Assembly (NCBI GenBank): GCA_044892505.1
Contig: CM097883.1
Span: 170,252,001-170,316,000 of the forward strand
Direction: 5' to 3'
Length of the DNA: 64,000 nucleotides
DNA from: Schmidtea nova
Taxonomy: Eukaryota
Positions 36,906 to 50,676 of the stretch are shown piece after piece (the stretch's first letter is position 1; every line of letters begins with the position of its first letter). Made by a program: the position numbers and the translations under genes. A model generated the notes under the pieces. That model saw nothing but the letters and a program-made list of their open reading frames with translations, made no database searches and was not told the DNA's origin.

Positions 36906-37419
36906 TCCATTGAATTATTGGGCAAAACTAATTATTTAATTAAATGCAGCACCTAACATTCCAAACATTATCAAGCAATATATAAAAGGTGTGTAAATAT
37001 ATAAAAAAAAAATTTTAAAAATAAACTTGCCAAGCATATCAAAAAATAAATTTTTAAAAATTATAAATAAAATTAAACAATCGCCGCCTTTAATATTTCT
37101 AGGGGCAACTGCCACCAATAATTAATAATTGACAGTAGTCAATTAAGCGACGTAGAAAAATTAATTGAGCCTAAATNNNNNNNNNNNNNNNNNNNNNNNN
37201 NNNNNNNNNNNNNNNNNNNNNNNNNNNNNNNNNNNNNNNNNNNNNNNNNNNNNNNNNNNNNNNNNNNNNNNNNNNNNNNNNNNNNNNNNNNNNNNNNNNN
37301 NNNNNNNNNNNNNNNNNNNNNNNNNNNNNNNNNNNNNNNNNNNNNNNNNNNNNNNNNNNNNNNNNNNNNNNNNNNNNNNNNNNNNNNNNNNNNNNNNNNN
37401 NNNNNNNNNNNNNNNNNNN

Positions 37420-37640
37420 TTTGATCTTTTTTTATTATTATTATCAATAATTTTCATAATGATGACTATAGATCAAAAATTTTTTTTATAAACAATAACA
37501 CAATATTTCGGTACAGCCTTTATCAAGTGTTTATTGATAAAAGTTGTGATAAAGGCTGTGCCGAAATATTGTGTTATTGTTTATAAAAAAAATTTGATCT
37601 ATAGTCATCATTATGAGAACTATTGATAATAATAATAATA
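37420..37640. mobile_element. Head-to-head inverted pair of PLE-1 pseudo-LTR tails with hammerhead variants
   Basis: Minus-strand UUGAUAA hammerhead at 37498-37530 and a 5'-clipped plus-strand copy at 37547-37574; matches 5760-5850. Confidence 0.75.
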
Positions 37641-37786
37641 ATTATTATTATTATTATGACGACTATTTATTAATTTCATGACTATTATTAGTAATATCAT
37701 TATTATTATTATCATTAGAATTAGTATTGCTTTCACTAGCACTATCATTATTATCAATATTAATATGAGCATTATCATTACTTAAC

Positions 37787-39525
37787 ATGGGAAACTGGTA
37801 TTGGAGGATGCCAAATGATGAGAAGAAATAAAAATGGGTCCCAGAAAGAAATATTTAGATAATACAAATTAATTAACCTTCCTCGGTTCCTAGAAAAAAT
37901 GGTAAAATTTTCAAACTCAAATATCTCGAAAAATACATGTCAGATTAATCTGAAAATTAAAATCTTTGGCAAACTCGACATTCTGAATAATATTTTACAA
38001 TAAAATTTTTTTGTAAAAAATTTCAAAAATAATGTTATGAGCAAAATTAATTCATTTTTGGGTAAAAATGACCCGAAGAGCTGAGGAAGGTTAAAATAAT
38101 TAATTATTTTATAGGAAACCCGAGCTAATGGGAAACTCGAGCCAGTAGGAAACCCGAGCTAATGGGGAACCTGAGCCAGTAGGAAACCCAAGCGATGAGG
38201 GAAACCCGGTGCATCAATAAAACGATTAATTAAAATAAATGGAATAATTGAAAGGTGCTATGGGGAAAGAAGCCGCAAACCCATTTAGCGGTAACTCCCA
38301 AATTAATTGTGTAATTGACAGATCCATTAAGATGTGACAGGAACAATAAAAAAACACTAAATATGGCAAGTCAAATTTGCAGTACGCGCCAGTTGGTCGG
38401 AGAAAAATCTAAAAGAGTTAAACGAAGAATCTGAAAGTGGAAAAGGAAGCTGAAACTGTAATAAGTTATAAAATATCGATCGTTCAATTTCCTGCTTACC
38501 AGAAAGGGAGATAGCCCATTAGGTGTTCTACCCTCAAGCAGAAGAGTGCAGACAATATTGGACCTTTCTGTGATTTATATTGTTGTGATATTTTTGAAAA
38601 TAGACATTACTGTGTTGGGTCTAATTTGTTTTGTGAACGAAAGAACACCGGAGTCAGATACCAACCGACTTTTCATTAATAACCCAACATTATTATTATT
38701 GTTGGGGTTGCTAAATTACAGAAAATAAATTTAAATGGCACAAATCAATAAAAATACAAAAATTGGAAAAATAATTATTAATGTGCAAACATTAATTAAA
38801 GATTTATAAAAAATCAAAATAAAGTTTGAGTGGGGGAAACTGGTATGGGAGGATGCCAAATGACGAGACGAATTCGAATATTGGTATATAAAAATAAAAA
38901 GGGGTCCCCAGAAAGAAATATTTAGAAAATACAAATTAATTAAAATTATTAATCGTCTAATGGGAAACCCGAGCCAATGGGAAACCCAAGCTAATGGGAA
39001 ACCCGAGCGATATGGAAACCCGGGGCATCAACAAAATCATTTAATTATCGAAATAAATTGAATGAGCAAGGATGCCCGGGAAGAGCCGAAAACTCATTAT
39101 CTGCGAAACTCAATTAGGCGGCGGTCAAACAAATTTAATTATTTTACTTTTCGACAGATCCAATTAGGCCGACAGGATGACAACAAAAAGTAGTATATAA
39201 ACTGAGAGCAAATTGCCGATATCGCCAAAGTGGTCGAAGATAAATTTCAAGAATAAACAGAATTTTTCAAACAACTAGAAGCTATTTGGAGGAAGCGTGT
39301 AGAGAAACCAAAGATAGAAGTTGAATTTAATCTTCTTGCGTCCTAGAGAGAGGAGGTATCCCATTGGGTGTTCTACCCACACGCGGAAGAGTGCAGAGCA
39401 TTAGTAACTTTCTGTGATAAAAAGTGTGATTGTTCATTCGGAAAATAATATAAAGTTATTGTGTTGGGTTTCATTTATTTTTGTGATTGAAAGAGAACAC
39501 CGGAGTCAGATATTACCGACTACTC
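37787..39525 (+). repeat. Two diverged tandem copies of a non-coding LTR-like unit (~37787-38730 and ~38830-39525)
   Basis: Shared blocks GGGAAACTGGTAT, CCCAGAAAGAAATATTTAG, ~17-nt GGAAACCCGAGC repeats, GACAGATCC, GGTGTTCTACCC and GAACACCGGAGTCAGA. Confidence 0.65.
37877..38090. mobile_element. piggyBac-type MITE, 214 bp
   Basis: TTAA-CCTTCCTC...GAGGAAGG-TTAA; the second repeat copy shows the empty site near 38940. Confidence 0.85.
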
Positions 39526-40828
39526 NNNNNNNNNNNNNNNNNNNNNNNNNNNNNNNNNNNNNNNNNNNNNNNNNNNNNNNNNNNNNNNNNNNNNNNNNNN
39601 NNNNNNNNNNNNNNNNNNNNNNNNNNNNNNNNNNNNNNNNNNNNNNNNNNNNNNNNNNNNNNNNNNNNNNNNNNNNNNNNNNNNNNNNNNNNNNNNNNNN
39701 NNNNNNNNATTATCACTGTATTATTATATGTATTTCTTGGAAGCAGCAAAAAAAATAAAAGAAATAAGCCTTTGATGCAGAATTTTATAGAATCTTTATC
39801 AATCTAAAGTTATTTGGATATTATGTTATTGTTTGTTTATTTAACAATCCCAACATGTCTCCCTCTTATTTAANNNNNNNNNNNNNNNNNNNNNNNNNNN
39901 NNNNNNNNNNNNNNNNNNNNNNNNNNNNNNNNNNNNNNNNNNNNNNNNNNNNNNNNNNNNNNNNNNNNNNNNNNNNNNNNNNNNNNNNNNNNNNNNNNNN
40001 NNNNNNNNNNNNTGAATTAATTACTTTTTAATTACTTTATGAAACCTCTTGTGTTCTCTCAATTCATTTTTTCTAATTAATCTACATTCTCATAGCCCCT
40101 ATAAGTTTTATGTTTCATTGTTGGAAGCGACTCTTTTCTAAAACCTTATGTGGTTCTCAAGAATTAAATTTTGAAACGTTGTCCAGCTCATCAATGTGAA
40201 AATTAGAATATAACATTTATAAAGAACTTTTATAAAAAAATATAAATTCTTCAACTTTATCTCGTACATCCAAATCAGTTGAATGAAATTTTTCAAACCG
40301 AATATTAGAAGATGACATTTTTATACAAGATTTTTTTAAGATATTTCAAACCGGAAAAAGCAATTTTAATGCTATTTTCTACAAAAGGAGTTTTAATAGT
40401 TTAAGAGACATTATTGATACAGATAACAAACATACATACTTCACTTCATTACACACAAACATTCCTACATCAGTTATCAAACATTAGATTCATAGTTAAA
40501 TGGTTCTATAATTAGTTTATTATAAATAATTATTAAATAATATTATACCGGCGTCTATGTATGTTCTATGAAAATTTATAGTTTCCATATACATAAATAT
40601 GTTTTTTGCATAATATTTGGCTTTGTGTCTCGTTTTGGATGTTTTATGCCATCACACATGGTCCTTTTTTAGAGTTGCCCCGTTTTTTATTTGCAATTGT
40701 TGTAAGTTTAGGGTAATTTTGTAAAATTAGGTAGTCCAATTAGTGACAATAAAAACCAATACTGGTAAATTGGCCAAATATAAGTAATATAAAGGTATAT
40801 ATATATATATATATTATAGCCGGAACAA

Positions 40829-41600
40829 ATGTATCGGTGGAATTCTTCCGGAAGAGATACTCAAAATGATGAAAACGAAATAGGTGAAAAGAAGTTACAT
40901 TATTTGAAAAAAATGAACAAAAATTGTTCCCGATGTCAAGGAATTGTGCAAGAGATACATAAAAGAGACCTAGATCATTCGTATGACATTCAACGATTAA
41001 AACAAGAACAAGAGTTGGAAATATTCAAAGTTTTACAAAATCGTTTATAATTTAAAATATTTAATTGTTTATACTTAGGTTAAAAATGAAGGAGTAATGA
41101 AAATGTGTCAACTCAATGACAAAGTTGAACATTTAGAGCGTCAAGTAGAAAAATATCGAATCCTAGCAGGAATTGAAGGATTAGCTAGACAGATGTGGCA
41201 CGAAGAAGCTTTAACCGCAAACCCAAGCTTAGTTATGTAAACTTTTCTTTTTAGTTATAAGTATAATAATTTTAATTCGGTTTTAAATGCTTTAGGTCAA
41301 AAAGTCCAACCCTTCAAAGCATTGGTACAAATTCCAGTAATATCAAATCCCTCAATAGCACAAAGTCTTGTTCAACTGACACCAGCGATCTTGATGACCT
41401 TATCCAGTATAAATTCACCGAAGAACAATCTACCAATAACCTCTATACTTTAAACACTTCCCAGTCGGCATTTATTTATCCTCCAAATTCATTAATATCC
41501 CATCCTATGTCTCCTGTAGAATCGAATGTCGGTACAAATGTAAGATTAAGAAACTTTATTTTTACTATATTCCAGTCGTTGACTCCCCGCAGTAATTGAG
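40829..41600 (+). CDS. Possible spliced host gene or relic encoding a coiled-coil protein (unidentified)
   Basis: Higher-GC exon-like blocks separated by short AT-rich GT-AG introns, e.g. KVEHLERQVEKYRILAGIEG. The family was not recognised. Confidence 0.35.
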
Positions 41601-43118
41601 ATTAGAGACCAAATTAAAAATTAAAAATATTATTAACAGAAAATGCTTTTAAAGTTTACGTTTTTTAAATTAAAATAAAAATTCTCAGATTTGGACTTGG
41701 GTTCAGAGAGTTTAAGGAAATATTGTCTAACCTTAGTTGTGAAATCATTTATGAATTGGCACTTGGCATCAAAGTCTGTGTATCTCTAAAAGAATAAGGA
41801 ATTTTAGTCAATTCAATTATTTATTAGAAGGCTGAATGTTAACTGTATTCGAGGACTTCGGTTGTCTTCTTAGATTATTTACAGAGGTTAGAAAAGATTA
41901 TGCGGAAGTAATTCCAAAAACAAATAGTGGTCCTAAGGTCAACATAGAGCAATCTAAGATTCGCTAATGGAAATTTATTGAAATTTATTTCCACAGTCTT
42001 CTGTTGCTCACATTGTCGCAGTTCAGTGAAGGTCTTTGATAAATACATTAATAAATATAATTTCAATAAAATCAAAGAATCATATTAAAATATATTCAAA
42101 GATTAAAGGTTTTCAATTTCTAACCATACTGTGAGTCTAGTAAACTTCCAAAATATGTTTGAATGATTTTGGGATTTCTAAGCTTGGTTTTCAATATATT
42201 TTTAAGACAATATTTTTCTAACTGCCACTCCAAAACTCTACTGGCGTCCGCGACTGATTTCCACATCAAGTGTCAAATAAATATTTATTTTAAATTTAAA
42301 AATACTGATTCGAATACTCTTTTAGAAACCAAAAGAGGATACGCGGCAGCGGTCATTTAATGAGTTTCAAGGGGGCAGAAAAGACGATCAGGTGAAATCC
42401 AAGAAATTGCAAAGAGTTTCGAGTATCACTGAAAGTCCGTCTACTGATCAATTAAACGAAAAGAGGAATCAACTGAAAGGTAAAGATTATTTTATGAAAT
42501 TTTAAGCATCTTTAATTCTGTATAAAATTAGTGACGATTTGAGATAGTATCTGCCGAAAAAGGATTACGTTAATGATATCTTTTCTGTTAGATTACATTG
42601 TTGAAATTAACACTTTTATAGAAAGAACTTCATCACCGTCTTTCTAAAATAGGATCTCCCAAATTGTATTACATGGTTTTATGAAATAATGGAGACTATT
42701 AATACTAAAAGGTCTGCTAATGAAGAGTCACATGCTAACTTTTTTTCCAAAGCAGGAACAGCAATAAACTTTCAGTTTTTCTAAGCAGATCTTAATTACA
42801 GAATCTATTTCATTGAACTGATGTTGGCTGTGGTTTCCTATTCGGTATCCTAGGTCGCCTATAACATGGACCAGCCTTGTTTCAGATTATATTTATTTCT
42901 ATGTTTATAACATGTTTTCATCTTGTGTATTTACTAAGCGCATTCATTGCACTCCTTTCTTTGGTTAAATGTTTTTTTCAGAGGTCCTTAAATCTATACT
43001 TTCTTCCTTTTTACATGGTTCATTTTGCACATTGTGCCGATCATATTTTCATATTTTAATATAAAATTTAACTTTTATTGTTACTATATGAAGCTATAAA
43101 TGTGTGTATGTGTGTGTG

Positions 43119-43560
43119 CAGGGGTGGATAAAGATTGCACGGGCCCCCGGCTTGCATTCAAATTGGGGTGCTGTTCAGCCAGTGTCCATTTAAATAAAAT
43201 GATTGCTAGCAGCTAATATATGACTTTAATTTGAAAGGCAGAGTGTAGTAAAACAAAAATTAAATAGAAGTAAATTTAATTTATATTAAGTTACATGAAT
43301 CCACACTTCATTAAAATATTTATTATTATATAATTCAAACTAGATCCTACGTTTGCGAACTTTTCTCATGGCTGAGTTATCAATTGAGTCAGTAAAGCTA
43401 ATTGAGCTTACGATTTCCTTTTCAATGCTCATTTAAGAGAGTAGACTCAGTCTTTGTTGTTCCATGCAACTTCTTACTTCATTTTTATTCCTTTTAACTT
43501 TGAAAACGATCGTTCTCCGCTCCAGTTTGATGTCGTCATTGAGAGAGATGCAAAGTGTGA
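43119..43560 (-). mobile_element. hAT 3'-terminal fragment
   Basis: CAGGGGTGG...GGGCCCCC terminus and a decayed RL..LS..SIE dimerisation motif. Confidence 0.5.
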
Positions 43561-43699
43561 TTTGGATATTCGGAAAGGACTGAGTAAAATTTATCTCGAT
43601 TTTATATTAATTTCCCAAATTTATATGTAGACAATTACTTGCTTCGGTTTCTTTATCTACTTTTATAAGTAAAATTTGGTTATAATGAATTAGTGAATT

Positions 43700-46420
43700 G
43701 AATTATTTAGTATATAAGCACTGAATTATCCTTCAATGATCTCCCTGGTAGTACTTTGAATAATCTAAGTTGTAAACATATCAAAGCATTAGGAGGAAGT
43801 AGATCTGGGTAGCAAGCTTATTTAAAATGTTTTCATAGAATCAACCTGCTGAAAAGAGATTCAATTTATAAAGCATCAAAGCGACTAGCTACAATTACAC
43901 CATACTTTAAAAAGAATATCAATGATTTACTATCAGCGGTTATTACTCGTATGGTGGCTAAGGATGCTTTGAAGATAAGGAAATTCAGTACTTCTTATAA
44001 GACATTCTAAAATCTTCAAATACAATTCGAGAAATATTAATGGAATATGCAACGGAAATTCGTGAAGAAACTAATGAGAAAATATTTTCTTTAAATGCTT
44101 AAATGTCATAAGTTTTGTTTGACTTTTGACAACTGGTCGTTTATTAGAAATCACCGATACAGTCCACCCTCGATTATCCGCCAATTTTAAAAATGTTCTA
44201 ATTTAATGCGGGTAACCGAGGTGACGGATAATTAGGGGAATCGTAAAAATACTAACCCCGAAAAATACGATTTTTAATAATTTAAGTTTTACTATCAATC
44301 TAAATTAAAATTAATTAAAAACGAGGAAATTAAAAATACAGCCATTGAGAAATAAATTTTTATTTCTTTTTTATTGTTCGCCATTTAAATAAACTAACGA
44401 TGAATATAGATTTTAACATACTCATTTAAAAAATTCTTCTATTTTTCTCTGTTTTCCAGAACTTTTCTCAAAACTGTTTTTCTCGGAAAACATTTTCGAT
44501 TTTGCGAATCGATTCTAAAATATCCTGCAAACCATTTTGTTCTGCATATAAATACAAATCCTTGAATCCATTTTTAACAGATGAAAATTTCGCACGCTCT
44601 TTTATTACTACCACACTGCTTATATTAGATTCATTTAAATTATCATAACATCTCAAATTTTCAATAATAATATCAATATCTTCTGAAATCAATTCTGTTG
44701 TTCTATTTCTTTCTAATTCAATAAAATCAAAACCTCTGCGCACTTCAATATGTTATTTTGTCGAATATTCACGTATTAAAGAGGATACAGTATTTTCTTC
44801 GTTTGTGTTTATTTCACGCTTCATAATTCCTACATGCAACCAACAATTTTTTACTGTAGTTTGAGTTACAAAACTTGAGGCTCTGGCTATCCATTTTACA
44901 GCAAGATCTAACGTTATTGATCCATCTTGTCATGCATCAAAATAATCAATTAAATTCTCCAGCAGTTGACATTTATATCCGGTTTTAAAACTCCGAATGA
45001 ATCCGGCATTCATTTGTTGTGTGTATGATGTAGTATTTGGCGGAAGAAAATAAAGTTCAATATTACTAAAATCATTATCTCCTTTATGACTTGCTACATT
45101 ATCAACCAATAATAAAATTTTTCGACCTTCTAACATCATTCTTAAATTCAAATTCTTCAACCAGCTATTCCAAATCAATCCCTTCATCCAACTTCTTTTT
45201 TAATATACATAATCACAATAATGTTCATAATAAAAATCTTTAAAACATTTAGGTTTTTTTGCAGATACAATAATTAATGGCTTGAGTCTATCTGTGCCTG
45301 TCCTATTTATCCCCAAAAGTATTGTGACTCTGTCTTTTGGCTGCTTTGATTCACTTGAATAACCTACCACTAACGATTTATCCGGTGTAATTTTGTAAAA
45401 AAAGACCCGTTTCATCGACATTATAAACATCATCGTCCAAAGTTTCTTTGGTTATGTTGCGAATTTTATTGATTCCTAAGCTTACTGCTTCTAAATAGAC
45501 AGAAGCTCTTTCTCCACACAATTTCCTTTGTCTGATTCCAAACCTGCATTTAAAATTATACAACCAACCATTCGAGGCTTTAAGTCCCTCCATTTTAAGT
45601 AACTGTCTAATTTTAATAACTTTTAATTTTAAAATACTATCTGTAATTATTTTATTCTGGGACCTAACATTACAAAACCAAACATCTAAACAATTTTCCA
45701 ACTCATAAAATATTGATTTTTTATTAAATTTCAAATTTAAATTCCTAGAACTTGCTCATTTATCTTCACTCTTTAGTATATCGCCAATATTTCTCCTGCT
45801 TAATTCAACATTCCATTTAATTCCAAAATAGAGGCCAATTCATCATTTGTCTGTGTTTTCCCATATTCAATATATCTTTTACATATCATTTTCTTTGTTC
45901 ACAGTTCAATACTATTCTTTTCCGCTTATTTAAAATAATATTTGTCGTTGAAATTCTTTCTTTATCCATCATTTAAATAAATTTTTTTTTATAAATCTTT
46001 AAATAATAATGATTAAAATATGGCGGATATAATAAGTAAAATTAAAAAATTAAGGTTTTTTGGCGGATGGGCAAGGTAGCGGATAATCGAGGGCAGACTG
46101 TATATGAATATTATTGTTTACTGGAAAAATAATTCCTAGAATCTTGGTATATGTGGAACAATGCCTGCTGAAATATATTTAGAAACTTTAGAATCTAAAT
46201 TAGCAATATTTTAACTCATTTTTACAATTAATTGTTGCTTATACAACAGATGGAGCTTCTGTAAGATTTGGTCTTTTTTCAAAATTAAGACATCAGATAT
46301 GCTTAGTTCATGGTCGTATATTAGTTCTTTATAAAAATGGAATCTTATGCAATTAGGCAGAGAATTCAGCTTTACTTACACAAGCTTAGAAGAAAATGAA
46401 GATGAGCATGATGAAGATTT
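43700..46420 (+). mobile_element. Old hAT transposase relic interrupted by a Tigger insertion
   Basis: Removing 44160-46100 and one TA restores DNWSFIRNHRYMNIIVY (DEWT-type motif); TTDGAS follows at ~46245. Confidence 0.6.
44160..46100 (-). mobile_element. Tigger/pogo (CENP-B-like HTH plus DDE_1) DNA transposon, frameshifted
   Basis: TIR CAGTCCACCCTCGATTATCCG / CGGATAATCGAGGGCAGACTG; TA TSD; ASNGWLYNFKCRFGI, YNVDETGLF, LLLVDNVASH, FLPPNTTS. Confidence 0.9.
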
Positions 46421-46643
46421 TGTTGCGCCAATAGGATGAGCGGATTAAGGAAAAATAAAGGTATATAAAGAACGCAACGAAAAAGGGGAAATAAAATAAA
46501 ATAGACATAAAATAGGAATAGGTAAATAAATAAGTAGAAATAATTAAAACGAGAAATCCCGATATCGGATTAATAAATAAAAAGGAAATATTAACAATAA
46601 TTTAGAATAATTAAAAGTTAATTAGAAAAATAGACATGGAAAT

Positions 46644-49505
46644 TAGAGGTTGTGATTTCTCGACAAAATAAACTTCTCGAGAAATTGAGAAAATAAATTT
46701 GCACTTCTCGAGATTTCTCGAGAAATTTCGAGAAATGTTGATAATTAACAAAAAATAGATTAAAATACTTGCATTAATTGTAATATTTAATACAAGTATT
46801 TTAACTATATTATTTACTAATAAAAAAGTANNNNNNNNNNNNNNNNNNNNNNNNNNNNNNNNNNNNNNNNNNNNNNNNNNNNNNNNNNNNNNNNNNNNNN
46901 NNNNNNNNNNNNNNNNNNNNNNNNNNNNNNNNNNNNNNNNNNNNNNNNNNNNNNNNNNNNNNNNNNNNNNNNNNNNNNNNNNNNNNNNNNNNNNNNNNNN
47001 NNNNNNNNNNNNNNNNNNNNNNNNNNNNNNNNNNNNNNNNNNNNNNNNNNNNNNNNNNNNNNNNNNNNNNNNNNNNNNNNNNNNNNNNNNNNNNNNNNNA
47101 TAAATAAATATAATTTATTGATTATTCAAAAAATAATACTTCAAAAAACAGAGACTATCAATTGATTGATCTGAGAGGCTTGTTCTTTTCTTCGAAACGA
47201 AATTTCCCGCAGTTGAAAATTTCGTTTCATTTTGCGTAGAAGTTGGTTTTATCGTTTGTAATGCTGCTTGCAACAACGCTAAGTTTGGCGTAAGTTGGCC
47301 ATTGATAGAAAAAATCGTAATTTCTCTCGATAACGCTTTGAAGCCTCCATCAGATATCTGAGAAGATTTGTTGCTTTCGCGAATAAAGTTTTCCAGCTGT
47401 TTTTTAAGAATATCTTCATTAGTATTGTTCGTATTCTGCTGGTTCATATCATTCGATTCTAATTCGCAATCTTTAATCTCCATTATTTCTGAATTTTCTG
47501 TAGGTATGTCAACAATAGGATTTCTATTACCAGGTGATTCGTCAGATGATACAGGAAATAGCCTTACCATCAAGTTTTTAGCCGATTTGGTGATTTCATT
47601 TTTATTGGTCATGCTGAAAAATTCATCTTCATCATTTTCCAAAGAGGATGGGTCTTGTAAAAATTTAAGAAGAGACACTAATGATTTATCTCTTCTCTTT
47701 CCTTTATGATTTTTTAGTTATTCAAGCAACTTTAACGCTAAAGCAGAATGATTATTTTCTAGTGCGTGAAAAAGAAATTTTAGGACTCCTTCCTCTGTCA
47801 ATAAAGTAGTATCATTACGACTTAACGCTTCTATTGCTATTCGGGCAGGTTTCAAAACATCTCATATATTTTTGGCGTTAGTAATATCATCAATGATCAA
47901 TTTTTTATAGGATCAACTATACGAAGAAATCGTTCTACCATTGACTCTAATGTGTTCTATCTGGTCCTACAATCCAATAATAGCGATAGCTCTTTTTGCT
48001 CTGCGGCTTTAACGTAATTTTGCAATACGCTATTTCTTACCGGTGATTTCTTGAAAAGCTTAACAGCTTTTCGTATGTTCTGCATAGTGTTATTAATATT
48101 TATATCGGGATCGGGATTGATTATCAAACCGCTTGGAGAAATTAAATGCTTTTCCTGAAAATTACTATATATAAATCATCTTCGTTTGGATCACAATTAG
48201 AACTTTCGTCATCGCTGGTTTCATTATTTTCTGTTTTAGTTGCGTATAGAACCGATATAATTGCCAAATGGATAGAGTGATTATAGCACATTTGTAAATG
48301 GGCAGGTGATAATTTACCATATTTTACCATAACGCTCGCACCGTCTGATGTAGTTGTCACAATATCTTTGGAAAAACTTATACCGATCGATTCCAATTTT
48401 TGTATTTACCATTTCTATAATTTTCTCAGCAGGACATGTTCTTGTTATTGGGATTAATCCTAAATTAACAGAATCTAATTTTCCGAAGTATAAGTGGACA
48501 TTCATGTATCGTCTGTTTTTGAAACTGGTCCATTCATCAATATATAAACTAAATTTGTAATTCTGTTCTTTTAGCGATTTAATTTTAAAAACTAATTTAT
48601 CTTTTACTAAGGAATAATACTTATACTATTCATGACATCTGATGGCTGCTGTGGCAAAGAAAATCCCTGCTTTTTTATACTTTTATGAATGAACTCGCTT
48701 TTAGTTATAGCCAAAATACTGAAACCATCTTTGGCTGCTAATTTAGCCACAATTTCTTCCAATGTTTCAATATCATTATTTGCATTCGTGACAGTCACAA
48801 ATTTGTCAAGCGTTGATGATTTGAAGAACTATGGCTTTTTGAACTTGTAGTTGCTATTGCTATCCTCTTCAAGCTATGATGACCAGTTAAATGCTGATGA
48901 AGTCCAGTTGTTTGCGATGCTTTGCATGATATACTTTTTTTACATAGATTGCTAACAGCTATATCCTTATCCCCAGGTTTTTTTTTAAATGTTGCCAACA
49001 ATTTTCGTAATGTGTCTGTTCCATTTAATGGCTTAAAAATTTATATTAAAATTAAATTATTTAATTGTTTAAAATTTTAAAACAACCAGTAAATATTTTT
49101 TTCTGAATGTACTTATACTTACTTTTAAAAAAGAAAAATTTTATTACGATATTATCGATTGATTATCAGTCTACAATACTACGAATGAATAATAAAAAAT
49201 AAATGAACTAGTGAACAAATACCCATAAATTCTAAATTTTTTTACAACACAACAAGCCTACTTCGACATAGAAAAAAATTTTAAAATAAATATTTTCCGA
49301 TTAACGCATTTCTTTCAATTGTTTTCTAAATGGTTTTAGAAAACAATCGACACTTCGCAGAAAAAATTGTATTTTAAAATTAATTTGATTTAAATAATCT
49401 TTTTTTTATCGAGAAATAGAATAAAAATCTCGAGAATCGAGAAATTGTAAGTTGTTAAGAATTCTCGAGAAATCGAGAATTGAGAATTCTCGATCACAAC
49501 CTCTA
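46644..49505 (-). mobile_element. hAT (Ac-like) DNA transposon with both ends; transposase disrupted
   Basis: 13-bp TIR TAGAGGTTGTGAT; 8-bp TSD ATGGAAAT (46636-46643 and 49506-49513); subterminal CTCGAG clusters; BED-like N-terminus, DEWTS, TTSDGAS, CYNH, KPTSTQNETKFSTAG. Confidence 0.9.
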
Positions 49506-50328
49506 ATGGAAATTATATATGAAATCGAGCCATGATTGGCTATGTGAAATAAATAAAAATCACTCATTTACTGGGGCTTAGTAATTATGATTGGCTTGTT
49601 CCGAGACAAGAAAATAGTATATAAGGAACTAGCTAAATCAGTCAAAAAATCTTTTACACTGTCAATTATTGACTAATAAACTGTTCACTGTTAACTATTA
49701 AAATTTACACTCTTACTGCTAATTGTTAACTGAAACTGTTATCAGAAATTTCCAATTGCTGGAAAAATAAAAAAAAAGTTGGTAATTAATTATTATTTTG
49801 TTACCATAATAACCATAAATCGGTCATGTCTTTCATCCTATTTAATTAGAATAATTTTTTAAGAATCTTTTCGGCCACCCAGCCACAAGTTCCTGGTGTG
49901 TCGGAATAACCAAACTCCAGAGACGGAACGGGGTTCAGTTTAACGTGTTTAATTTATATAAATGTTAGTATTAGTAGGAGATTATGAATCTTGGAGACCT
50001 CTAGAATTCGTACATTCTCATTTTTGGTGGTTCAAATATTTAGTAAAATGAAGTAATTTAGATGAGTTCGCACTGGCATGAGTTGGTATTTCTCAGAAAA
50101 TTAATTGAATCAGAAAGTTTAGTTACAGGAAAATCAATTATATCAGTGAATAATAGAAATTAAGAGTTGTAAGCAAGATCTTGAAGCTATAAAGACCGTA
50201 TAGCTCGTTCAATACTGAGATTGGAAAACTGTAACCACGTAATTATAGGGAAATCAATCCGATTAAGAATTAAGTAGGCAGAAGGAATTATACTCAACGG
50301 GTATTGATACATTTACACGATTTAATTT

Positions 50329-50676
50329 GTGAGAAATAAATTAGAAGAAATGAGAAAAGCAACAGCCGGTAAAAGTAGTCGAGTGTATTGGACACCAAGT
50401 ACAATTAACATCGCCCGCGATGTTGGACAGTTCTCACATCGTATCAGTATTATTGTAGGTGGAGAAACATTTTGTAACAAAACGGAGAGACAAATCGAAA
50501 AAAAGTCAAAAATGACGACAAAGATCTGCCAAATTATTTCCTCGTTTCCAAAAGCACGATACCTGGTTACCAGGAAATCATACACGGTGGAACGATTATC
50601 GGAAGATATACTACTCCTCGCCATCAACGGAAAACAAATCGAAGGAGAGACAAGGATAGCATCACCCTGTAATTGA
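50329..50676 (+). other. Higher-GC ORF fragment, probably a retroelement relic (unassigned)
   Basis: Composition resembles other retroelement coding relics in the window; no diagnostic motif. Confidence 0.2.

Noticed and set aside
38114-39025. 17-nt GGAAACCCGAGC repeats as a CRISPR array
   Set aside because: Repeats are contiguous and degenerate with no unique spacers, no cas genes, and a eukaryotic context.
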